From: an uncultured Acidobacteriota bacterium
GTDB taxonomy: Bacteria > Acidobacteriota > Terriglobia > UBA7540
NCBI GenBank assembly: GCA_963804995.1
Contig: CAWDSK010000004.1
Coordinates: 32,001-96,000, forward strand
DNA length: 64,000 nt
Direction of reading: 5' to 3'
The first letter of the stretch is position 1; each line of letters starts with the position of its first letter. The notes beneath the pieces were generated by a model. That model ran no database searches. It saw only the letters and a program-made list of their open reading frames with translations, and was not told the DNA's origin. Below, piece after piece: positions 1-8,576 of this stretch. The position numbers were made by a program, and so were the translations under genes.

Positions 1-34
1 TAACCCCTGGCTCCTTCCGCGGGAGGAATCCGGC

Positions 35-1782
35 ATGATTGAATCTCTATCAAGGCGGGAGTTTCTGCAAGTCTCATCCGCGGCGGCCTGGGCGGCAGGC
101 ACGCTCCCTCTTTCCGCGCATGCGGAGGCTCCAAGGCCTGCCCCTGAGCCCTTCCGCGGCACCTTCTGCCTCTTCTCGAAGCCGGTTCCCCAATTGAGCT
201 GGCAGGAGTTGGCGCAGAGCGCCAAGCGCGCCGGCTACGGGGGAATTGATTTGACGGTGCGCAGGGAAGGACACGTGCTGCCCCAAAACGTGGTGACCGA
301 CCTGCCGAAGGCCGCGGCCACCATCCGGGGCGAGGGCATGGAAGTTTCAATGCTTGTCGGGTCGGAGGAGGCGCGCTTGCGCGCTAGCCTCCGTCCGCCG
401 CTCAAACTGCACGGACGGTTTTCCCGTATGCAGCTTTCACGAAGACATCTCCGGCGGAGACGCGAGCCAAGGGCTACGACTGAGTGGACCCTTCGTCACG
501 CCCCTCAGGTTGATCCGGGCCGCCAGTATCCTCGGACGGTGATGTACGGGTTTTTCGCTAAGCGAACTGATCCACCTCATCGCCCTTACTCATCTGGCTG
601 CCCTTCCCGTCCCTCCTGCCTTCGCCCGCCGCCTTCCCCGACCCACTCCGGTCGCCGATCACTCGGTCACGCGGTTTTAGCCGCGCTTCAGGTACTACAC
701 AGCGGTCCGTCTACTGGCAGAGCATCACTCGCCACTTCGCTTCCGCTTATAGGTCTGCTTACTCCGGCGCCACCCGGAGACCCTGCCAGTCCTCCTGAGG
801 TCACGCGCTGTTCTTCTGTACCGTGCCATCCGCAAACACCTTGGTGCGGTGGGTGAATGAGAACGCCTTCGCCTCCATAGTGCAGGCTCGACCTTGCCCC
901 ACCTTTGGCCGACCGGTTCATCATCGGGGCAGCCCCCATTGATTACGGCCCGGTACTTCTCCTCATGCCCTTCGGATTCCACCTCGCGATGGACACCCTG
1001 CCCTCCGGAGTCCTACCAACTGCTCTCCGGCCAGCGAGGCATTACCCCCGCTTTCGGATATGACGCCCCTCATCCGAGCGCCAGAGGGACTTTAACCCTC
1101 CTGAACAGCGTGCTGCTCAGCACACACCACGGAACTTCTGAGCGCCGACGACCCTACGGCTGCTCCCATCCTGAGCACCGCCGCCAAGCTTTCCATTCCT
1201 GTCATCAAACCGGGCTACTACCACTATAAGTTTGTGGATGTGCGAAAAGAACTGGAAGAAGCCGGCAATCAATTCCGCAGCTTGGTAAACCTTGCCAGCC
1301 AGCATGGGGTTCAGGTGGGATTTCATAATCACTCCGGCCACATCGGAGAGGCGCTGTGGGACATTGCGCACGTCATGGATACCCTGGCCCCCAAGTCCGC
1401 CGGATACTATTTCGACCTTGCCCACGCAACCATCGAAGGAGGCCTGGGAGGCTGGAGAGCTTCCGGCAATCTGACCATGCCACGCCTGAAGATGATCTCG
1501 GCCAAAGACTTCTATTGGGATAATTCCGGCCCGCGAGGCTGGCGCATACGTACCCTCCCCCTGGGCGAGGGCATGTGCCACTGGAAGGAGTATCTGAAGT
1601 CCGTGGCGGCATCGAACTTCCAGGGGCTGATTTCGTATCAACTCGAGTACCAGATCGAGGGCGTGTCGGACGACCAGGGCCGAGCCCTCTCGCGTGAGAA
1701 GTGTGACGTGGTCATGGAATCCGCCACCAAGGATCTTGCCACGTTGAAAGCGTTGGTGCGTGAAGCGTACGAAGGGGCGTAA
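35..1782 (+). pseudogene. Tat-signal sugar-phosphate isomerase/epimerase (xylose-isomerase-like TIM barrel), interrupted by an antisense group II intron; exons 35-355 and 1126-1782
   Basis: SRREFL Tat motif; FSK...GYGGIDLTVR..GHV in exon 1; FHNHSG, FDLAH, KDF in exon 2. Removing 356-1125 gives a seamless 325-aa frame (…EVSML|TTELLSADD…). Confidence 0.9.
356..1125 (-). mobile_element. ORF-less group II intron, copy 1 (770 nt)
   Basis: Minus strand starts GTGTG and ends ...GAAAGCTGCATACGGGAAAACCGTCCGTGCAGTTTG (domain V, AGC triad), then a domain VI hairpin ending ...CCGACCCGAC. No RT ORF, no target duplication; second copy at 33811-34580. Confidence 0.93.
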
Positions 1783-1994
1783 AGATAGTCCCTTGAAAAC
1801 ATTTGCCCCGCCGGGATGGCTCGTCCAGGGGGCATTCAGCAATTGATAATACTCAACACCCTCCTCCGAACGCATTGTTGACGTAATGATTCGCTGCAAT
1901 GTTGAGGCAAGGCAAATTGTAAGCGTAGTGGCGATCCACGCTCAGGACTATTCCCCACGCGCTGTAGGCCGGCACTCCTACTTGTAACCCATCT

Positions 1995-2228
1995 ATGACG
2001 ATATACGTCTGTCCAATGCAGGAGCGAGCAACGCCGATGGCCAAGTATCCTCGGGACATTCAACCCCAAGACAGATTCGACGCACGGGAACACGTCGCCT
2101 TGGTTGGCAACGTAACTGATCCGGTCCACAAGCATGCGGGTGGACTCGACAAAGAGGACATTGTCATTCTGGTGCTTTCGGCAATCCTGGTCATCGCGAC
2201 GATTTGGATTGGCACAACGGTTCTGTAA
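1995..2228 (+). CDS. small membrane protein (start may be 2037)
   Basis: Short ORF with a C-terminal hydrophobic helix; CAGGAG upstream of ATG 2037. Confidence 0.5.
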   Translation: MTIYVCPMQERATPMAKYPRDIQPQDRFDAREHVALVGNVTDPVHKHAGGLDKEDIVILVLSAILVIATIWIGTTVL

Positions 2229-2559
2229 TCCTCGATTCCCATGCATGCCCCCAAGTAAGAATTGGGCTGACTTGGCCAACCGGTTCGCGAATTCCCTCTC
2301 CTCCTGATATTACCTTCCCGCTCATTAAGCCGGCGAACATCAAGATCAGAATCTTCCCCCTTGAACAAATCCTGTGTACTATCACGGACGTGCACCGGGT
2401 TTGGTCAAGACCGGCTGCGAAAGTAGCGCCATTCCAACTTAATGAGGCTATGCATTATGCTATTGTTGAGAAGCGGATTAGCCTGCAATCGAGCTTACAC
2501 GGATTAGTCGCAAAGGCTGGAACAGCACGAGCCCCCACGCGAGGGAGATTACGCCAAAG

Positions 2560-3234
2560 ATGAAGGATTCCGCATTCAGTCGACTGCTCAGAAACATGAG
2601 CTACAAATCGCGGACCAAGAAGTTTGAGTTGTTGAAGAATGTTTTCCACGCCCGGCCCGAAGACTTGGTGCTCGATGTGGGCGCTAGCGGCGAAACGTTT
2701 TTGCAATACACCCTCGAAGACATCTACCCATTCCCCGACCGGATTGTGGCGGGCGGCTACGAGCCTCGTGAAATCCTGGCAGCGCGGCGGCTGTATCCCC
2801 AGGCGCGGTACATGCTCTTTGACGGCTGCGCGCTTCCCTTCCCTGACCAGAGTTTTGACCTGGTGTTTTCGAACGCCGTCATTGAACACATTCTGGGCCC
2901 CGGCCGCCAGGAGAAGTTTGCGCAGGAAATCAGGCGGGTGGGAAAAAGCTGGTTTGTCACCACGCCGAATTATTGGTATCCCTTTGAAAGCCACCATCAT
3001 TTGCCGTTCTTCCAGTTTCTTCCCCACCCGGTGCAGATGCAGTACAACCGTCTACTGGGCACGCACATTCCCAAAGGCACGGTCCAGGAGCTCGGGTTAC
3101 TTTCGGGCCGCCAGTTGCACGCTCTGTTTCCCACTGGCCGCATCGCCAAGGTGCGAGTGACGTTCTGGCCCGAAACCCTGGTGGCCTATTACATCGAAAG
3201 CTCCCGGACTACACAATTGCCGATTGTTGATTGA
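2560..3234 (+). CDS. class I SAM-dependent methyltransferase (Methyltransf_11-like)
   Basis: VLDVGA motif I; DGCALPFPDQSFDLVFSNAVIEH; TTPN. Confidence 0.88.
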   Translation: MKDSAFSRLLRNMSYKSRTKKFELLKNVFHARPEDLVLDVGASGETFLQYTLEDIYPFPDRIVAGGYEPREILAARRLYPQARYMLFDGCALPFPDQSFDLVFSNAVIEHILGPGRQEKFAQEIRRVGKSWFVTTPNYWYPFESHHHLPFFQFLPHPVQMQYNRLLGTHIPKGTVQELGLLSGRQLHALFPTGRIAKVRVTFWPETLVAYYIESSRTTQLPIVD

Positions 3235-3319
3235 AGGTCGTCAATCGGCAATGGCTTGACCGGCCCTCTGCGCAATGTGAGAATGCAATGGTGATGGCCC
3301 TTCGCCGCGAGGCGCATTT

Positions 3320-4369
3320 ATGTTTAGCGGACTTCCCTGGGGATTGGCATTATCGAGCGGCGTCAATACCTACCTGCCACTTTTCCTCCTCGCCCTCTTC
3401 GCGCGTTTTGGCCACGTGATTCATGTTTCCTCACGCTTCACGTGGCTGGTCTCCGACCAGGCTATTTTCATCCTGGGCCTGCTGGCGCTGTGCGAAATCC
3501 TCGCCCAGAAATTCCCGGTGCTCAACAACCTCTGGGATTTCCTCCACACGCTGCTGCGACCCTTGGCGGGAGCTGTGGCCGCGGGCGCCACCCTGTCGAC
3601 CAACAACACCTTTGAAATCGCCGTGGCCATGCTGATGGGCGGGGCGCTCGCCGCCGCTGCGCACTCCACCAAGTCCAGCCTGCGCCTGATGAGCACCTCC
3701 AAAAGTTTTGGGGCCGCGAACTTCGCCATGAGCCTGGGCGAAGACGCCGGCGTTCTCACCGCCACGCTTCTCTCCGTTTACGCTCCCTACGTCATGTTGG
3801 CCATCGTCATCATCTTCGTGGTGCTGTTTGCTTTCCTGGGGCCGCGCATCTTGCGGACCCTGGTGTTTGACTTGAGTATTGCCGGGTCGGCTTTGGCGGG
3901 GCTCTTCCGATGGGTCTTCCGAAGGAAGTATCCAACAGACCTTAAAGAAAGCCTGTTGGACATTGCGCCGGAGCGGCTTGGCAAGTTCACCGTTCTCTTG
4001 GAGCCGCACGAAGAGTTGCACGGAGCCTTGCCGGGCTGGAAGCGCTCCCAGGGTGGACCGCGCCGCACCTGGGTCCTGCTGACCTCGCGCCGGCTGCTCT
4101 GGATTGAATCGCGCCTTTTCGGTAACTCCAAAGTTCAATCGCTCGACTACTGCGAAATATCCATGGCTAGACATCGCAACATGATCCTTTTCTCGCGCGC
4201 CGAAATCCTGACCCAGGGGAATGAAACCCTTAGCCTGGCAATCGAAAAAGGGCATATCCCTTACGCGAAGATGGCGGTGCAGATGATCTCTCGCCTCGCC
4301 GGCCTTGACGTCCCGAATGATAACCCCGCGCCCCAATCTGCCCCACGGCTTGCCGCGTTACCTCACTGA
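3320..4369 (+). CDS. DUF4126-like membrane protein with a C-terminal bacterial PH-like domain
   Basis: SSGVNTYLPL, E..AQKFP...WD..HT.LRPLAGA, SLGED motifs; C-terminal LLTSRRLL. Confidence 0.75.
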   Translation: MFSGLPWGLALSSGVNTYLPLFLLALFARFGHVIHVSSRFTWLVSDQAIFILGLLALCEILAQKFPVLNNLWDFLHTLLRPLAGAVAAGATLSTNNTFEIAVAMLMGGALAAAAHSTKSSLRLMSTSKSFGAANFAMSLGEDAGVLTATLLSVYAPYVMLAIVIIFVVLFAFLGPRILRTLVFDLSIAGSALAGLFRWVFRRKYPTDLKESLLDIAPERLGKFTVLLEPHEELHGALPGWKRSQGGPRRTWVLLTSRRLLWIESRLFGNSKVQSLDYCEISMARHRNMILFSRAEILTQGNETLSLAIEKGHIPYAKMAVQMISRLAGLDVPNDNPAPQSAPRLAALPH

Positions 4370-4393
4370 GCGTTTGAGAATCGATCGCTCGGC

Positions 4394-4747
4394 GAGCTCA
4401 TGTTCCTGTGCCATCCATCCGATTACCGATGCGGGGGAGTGCGTGTCACGGGCGGGGGCTAGCAATCGGGAGATCGGTTGGTCCGGAGATCGGGTGACCG
4501 AATGATCGGAGCAGCAAGTTACTGCCAGCCTCCGCTCGGCCGAATAGGGCTCATGTTCCGTCATAAACCTGCCGATAACCGAAGCGGGGGAGTGTGTGCC
4601 CGCCGGGACGAAGTCGATCCGGCGTGATTTGCGGATAACGGACCTCTTGGGTGCCACAGCTCGAGCGTCTCTGCGCAGGGCTCCCGGCCCAGCCGTTGCA
4701 AGATCATCCTCAGGAGCCAACCTGCCGATAACAGATGTGGGGAAGTG
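4394..4747 (+). repeat. three-unit array of CTCATG-N15-(G/T)CCGATAACCGA(T/A)GCGGGGGAGTG, period exactly 153 bp
   Basis: TCAT at 4398, 4551, 4704 and CCGAT at 4419, 4572, 4725; unrelated ~105-bp spacers. Confidence 0.85.
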
Positions 4748-5018
4748 ACAGCCGGGGGCTGAAACAGGCGGCTGCAGCGGATCTGTTTGGTCGGCTGCCC
4801 GGGCCACCCTCAACCTCCCGTCCAACGCCTGTCGCCCTTTCCAGCTTCGCCCCGATCATCACGTCACCCGATTCTTTCAGCCCTGTTCTCGACGGGGGTT
4901 CTTTCGTCTCCCAACTTGAAAGCAGGGCCGCCAGCTTGGTGGGTCAATCCAGGCTGGGGGCCGACGCTTGGTTCGAATTGGGACGGCTTGCTCCATTTTT
5001 CTTCCCATTTTCTTAACT

Positions 5019-5274
5019 AACTCCCTTTCTTTTCATAAACATCGTGGCAAAAAAACCATAACTTATTTGTTTTCATCAACATCGTTAGACTTGCCAAATT
5101 GTCCGGTCCCCCGCCCATTGTTTTCATACACATCGTTAGACTATCCTGATTGAAATTAGTTGCGCCTTTCTTCCGGCGCCTTTAGATGTAACTACTTGTA
5201 TTTCAACTAGATAGATTCTTACTAAAAAACCTGTTTCCACCCCTAACCGCCTTTTTTTTCATTAACATCTTCAC
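5019..5274. repeat. AT-rich direct repeats (consensus AACnnnTTGTTTTCATnAACATCGT), 4 clear copies and 1 degenerate
   Basis: Copies near 5019, 5060, 5112, 5190 (degenerate) and 5245; the last overlaps the C-terminal codons of the 5243-6394 ORF. Confidence 0.8.
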
Positions 5275-6394
5275 AAGCAGCGGGCGCTTCTGGACCTTCT
5301 GCACGCGACGCATGTCGTTTAATCTTCATAAGCAGGTTCGTCAAACGCCAGATTTGGCGAAAGTAGGAGTCTTCCATTCTCTGCATGACCATGGCGGAGA
5401 GATGGGTAGGCGCGATTTCTGCGGCACGTTCATAAGGCGAGGGACCTTTCACGCACTCCCGCAGATTGGCAAGGCGCTCCATCTCGCACAACTCCACCTG
5501 ACGCGTCAGGATGTGCTGCAGAAGTTGGCGCACCCGCTCCCGAGATTCCCATTCCTCCTCCGTAATCTGGGGATAATCGGCCTGCCTTGTATCGGCGGCC
5601 TGCAAATCGGCACTTGCCTCTGTAGCGCCGACCTTGAGGTCGGCACTTACCGGATCGAAGTCCGCCGGCACGTCGCCTTCCTCGTCCGGCGGGGTTTCCG
5701 GCTCCAACCCGAAGCCCCGTTGCCTTTCTTCCTCCCGGGTGAAGGGGGGCAAATTAAAGATGGCTCGGGCCTGAGTCACGACTCGGCGGGCGTTCTCAAG
5801 CTCATCCTCCACTTCACCCGCTTCTTCCGATTCCACAGCCCCCGGCGCCTGAAGCTGGCAGAAGAGTGCGAGAGCGATTTCGCCCAATTCCTTCATGGCT
5901 CCCTCGCGGCGCAAGTTCTTCATTTGCTCGAGGTCTTCGGGCGTGGTGACGTAATATTCCTGTGCCACCGATTGGGCGAGCATCTGCAAAACGGCGGAAT
6001 TCATTTTCAGATTCATCATGTGCGCGTGCAGGCGGGCCTCCCGGCCGCGGTTTGCCTCCTGCGCCTGCCGCACGGCCATGCCCTCCTGCATGCGGTCAAA
6101 ACGCTTCATCCGCCACAGGGCCCGCGCCAGACGCTCCACCAATTCTTCCTCCGAACCGCTGCGGGGGCGCCACTCGCACTGGAGTTTTTCCCGCAGTTCC
6201 CGAAGGTCGGCTGAATCCTCACCCAGGTCGAGCAAGGCGGTTTCTTCCCACTGCGCGTAACGTCCATGGCGCAAGTGCGCGGCGCGGATGCGCTCCACGC
6301 CCTCCGCCGTCTTCGGGCCGTGCGAATGCTTTCGGTTGCGCCGAAGGGCGGCCAGTTTCTTGGCCGTCAGGCGCGGCTTCTTGACCAGTGACAT
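5243..6394 (-). CDS. hypothetical protein with a basic N-terminus (RRNRKHSHGPKTAEG...LRHG) and helical, acidic body
   Basis: GGAGG RBS before ATG 6394; 383-aa ORF; N-terminus matches an N..S.GP.T.EG..R.....HG family of uncharacterised proteins as I recall it. Confidence 0.75.
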   Translation of the reverse strand: MSLVKKPRLTAKKLAALRRNRKHSHGPKTAEGVERIRAAHLRHGRYAQWEETALLDLGEDSADLRELREKLQCEWRPRSGSEEELVERLARALWRMKRFDRMQEGMAVRQAQEANRGREARLHAHMMNLKMNSAVLQMLAQSVAQEYYVTTPEDLEQMKNLRREGAMKELGEIALALFCQLQAPGAVESEEAGEVEDELENARRVVTQARAIFNLPPFTREEERQRGFGLEPETPPDEEGDVPADFDPVSADLKVGATEASADLQAADTRQADYPQITEEEWESRERVRQLLQHILTRQVELCEMERLANLRECVKGPSPYERAAEIAPTHLSAMVMQRMEDSYFRQIWRLTNLLMKIKRHASRAEGPEAPAACEDVNEKKGG

Positions 6395-6760
6395 AAAACC
6401 TCCAAGGGCGGATACGGGATACAGGATTCGCAAAGGGCGCTCGCTGCCTATCCCGACTTGTCGGGACTCGCAAAAGGCGCTCGCTGCCCAGTGCCTACTG
6501 CTTCTCCCCAACCCCCCAGTACCTAGATTAACATTTACCTTAGGGGTAACCGCAAGTGGAAGATTTACGAGTTGGGCTACCGGTAGCCCAAAAATGCAAG
6601 GCGGGCGACCTATTGTCCGAACGGTGGTTGATTTGGAGGGAGAGGCGGCGGAACCTGTCCCGATCTTATCGGGATGCCGCCATTTGGCGCCGCGCTATAA
6701 CACCCAATTGCCCCCACCAATATTCGGAAAATTGCCAATGACCAAGCACCGAGCCGCCAA

Positions 6761-6882
6761 CTAGTGTAGTGTCCAGGAAATGGCTGGACAACTGGGTTGG
6801 CCGTAGCGCCGGCATCCTGCCGGCAAATGCCGCCAAGATGGCGGCGCTACGATGTCCAGTTAATTACCGGACACTACACTAG
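6761..6882. mobile_element. 122-bp MITE with ~30-bp terminal inverted repeats and an internal REP-like hairpin
   Basis: CTAGTGTAGTGTCCAGGAAATGGCTGGACA ... TGTCCAGTTAATTACCGGACACTACACTAG; internal GTAGCGCC...GGCGCTAC. Confidence 0.75.
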
Positions 6883-7066
6883 CAGGCAGCGAATCAGCGA
6901 AACCACAACCAGAAGATCACACCGCTGCTATTCTTGTAATGCAACGAAGAGCACAAAATCCTTGCGAGGAGACTGGGATCTCCCCAATAGCCATGCGGCT
7001 GGTGCGGCCCGTACTCAAAATCCCCCGCATAGTAAGGATTGTTTGTATTTTCAAGGACCTTCTCGG

Positions 7067-7431
7067 TCAGTTGTAGGTCTGAATCGTAGCCGTGATGAGG
7101 TCTTCCGTGGTGCGTCTTCCGGGGCGCGGAACGCGCGGCCAGGGACCTTCATTCCAAAAGACGTTCTTATCCTTATAAATGTTGGAGGTCATGAAGGCGC
7201 GAAAATCAATGGGGTCGCGACAGAGCACGAATGCCCCATTGAAGAAATCCGGATAGAAAACCTGCATGGCCAACGCTTCCCATCCAACTGTTTGGCGCGC
7301 AGTTGTTGGGCGAATGAGATTTCGATGCGCAGTCCCGCAACGTTGGTGGGCGTTTGTGCGTGGAGCGGGAGGAGACTGAGCGGCGCCAATATGCAGAGCC
7401 ACAGTAAACGAGCGGCCGAGAAGGAGGTCAT
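7067..7431 (-). pseudogene. internally deleted secreted esterase-like protein remnant
   Basis: Signal peptide plus LRIEISF...LDG N-terminus joined out of frame to an LAMQVFYPDFFNGAF...DPIDFRAF..NIY segment. Confidence 0.55.
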
Positions 7432-7549
7432 CTCCTCAACACCACCCCGGCGCTCGGCGCGCCACCCCTCCTGATTTCCGTGGCGCTCCGAGCGCCGGAG
7501 TGGTTATAGCGAGGCCACACGGCAGCGCCGGGGTGGTTACGGTGTGGCT

Positions 7550-8356
7550 TCACGGCAGCGCTGGGGTTGTTGGGCTTTGGGGGTGATGGTTGAAGGCCTC
7601 CGCCACTTTGCATCCATGCTCATGTCCCCGCATCTGCCGCATCAGGTCATGGAGGGGCCAAACGTCTTTATACCAGAGGGTGTCGGCCAGCCAGGCCTGG
7701 TGCGTGCGCTCCTCAACTGCGGTGATGTCAACGTAGTGGGTGGGATAAAAGTTTTGCGTCTGCGTTCCCAATTCGGCTTCCATGTAATAGAGCGCAAACT
7801 TTTTCCCGCTCCTCAGCCAAGCCTCATAGGTGAGCAGCGAAGCGGCCCGGTGATCCATGTGAAAATCGATTGGCCAGTGGGTGAAGACGATGTCGGGCGT
7901 ATACTTGTCCAGCAGGATCTCCGTGAACTCCTTGTATCGCTGTCCGGAAATCTCACACCCTGCCCCGTAGATGATGGGGACGGAAAACTGGCCACTATTC
8001 GAGCCACCATAATTCAAGCAATCCAAGCGCATCTTCAGAATCTCTGCCATCCGCATGGAATTCAGGCGGTTTTTGACCTCACGCTTTTCGGGGTCCGCGT
8101 CGGGAGCGGGGGGCGGGCCGCCAGTTATCGATAGGGCCACCACGTCATGCCCCTGGTCAGCGTACAGAGACATGGTTCCCCCAGCGCAGGTTTGGGGGTC
8201 ATCGAAATGGCCGCCTATTCCAACCACACTCAGCTTCCGATCTGGCTCCGAACGTTTCACTTGGGCACTGGGCTTTGCCCCGGGCAGTAAAAAACCCGCT
8301 GCCCCTGCCAAACCAGACGATCGTTGCAACATCGACCTGCGAGTTAGCTTGCTCAT
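7550..8356 (-). CDS. Tat-signal PIG-L/LmbE-family N-acetyl deacetylase
   Basis: TRRSML Tat motif; GGHFDD, PDIVFTHWP.DFHMDH, PTHYVDIT. Confidence 0.88.
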   Translation of the reverse strand: MSKLTRRSMLQRSSGLAGAAGFLLPGAKPSAQVKRSEPDRKLSVVGIGGHFDDPQTCAGGTMSLYADQGHDVVALSITGGPPPAPDADPEKREVKNRLNSMRMAEILKMRLDCLNYGGSNSGQFSVPIIYGAGCEISGQRYKEFTEILLDKYTPDIVFTHWPIDFHMDHRAASLLTYEAWLRSGKKFALYYMEAELGTQTQNFYPTHYVDITAVEERTHQAWLADTLWYKDVWPLHDLMRQMRGHEHGCKVAEAFNHHPQSPTTPALP

Positions 8357-8576
8357 AGGTTCCTCCCTCAAGAAATCGAATGCAGTACTGCAAAATTTGG
8401 AATTGATTCCGCCTTGCCCCAGACTTCGTTCACAAACCTTACCCTTCACTTTCACAACAGTCCAGCAATAAATGGAGAGCCCTCATGGTATTCTGTAGGG
8501 CTGCGGTCCACGCTCTGTCTTAACGGCATCCGACGAACAATTCACTAGGAGAGTTTAGGAGGAGCAATTCAACAGA

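Noticed and set aside
35..856. 273-aa ORF (also 33697-34311 and the small ORFs inside the introns) as real proteins
   Set aside because: They are read-through into the antisense intron or chance frames in intron RNA, with no RT or maturase motifs.
4394..4747. CRISPR array
   Set aside because: Repeats are degenerate with a variable internal N15, spacers are ~105 bp, there are only 3 units, and no cas genes are in the window.
6427..6488. Two ~22-bp direct repeats around ATCCCGACTTGTCGGGA upstream of the unknown gene
   Set aside because: Real, but only two copies flanking a small palindrome. Most simply a local REP-like duplication with no function I can support.
8460..8576. SAM or cobalamin riboswitch upstream of metH
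   Set aside because: No SAM-I or B12-box consensus is recognisable in the short leader. An Rfam search would settle it.
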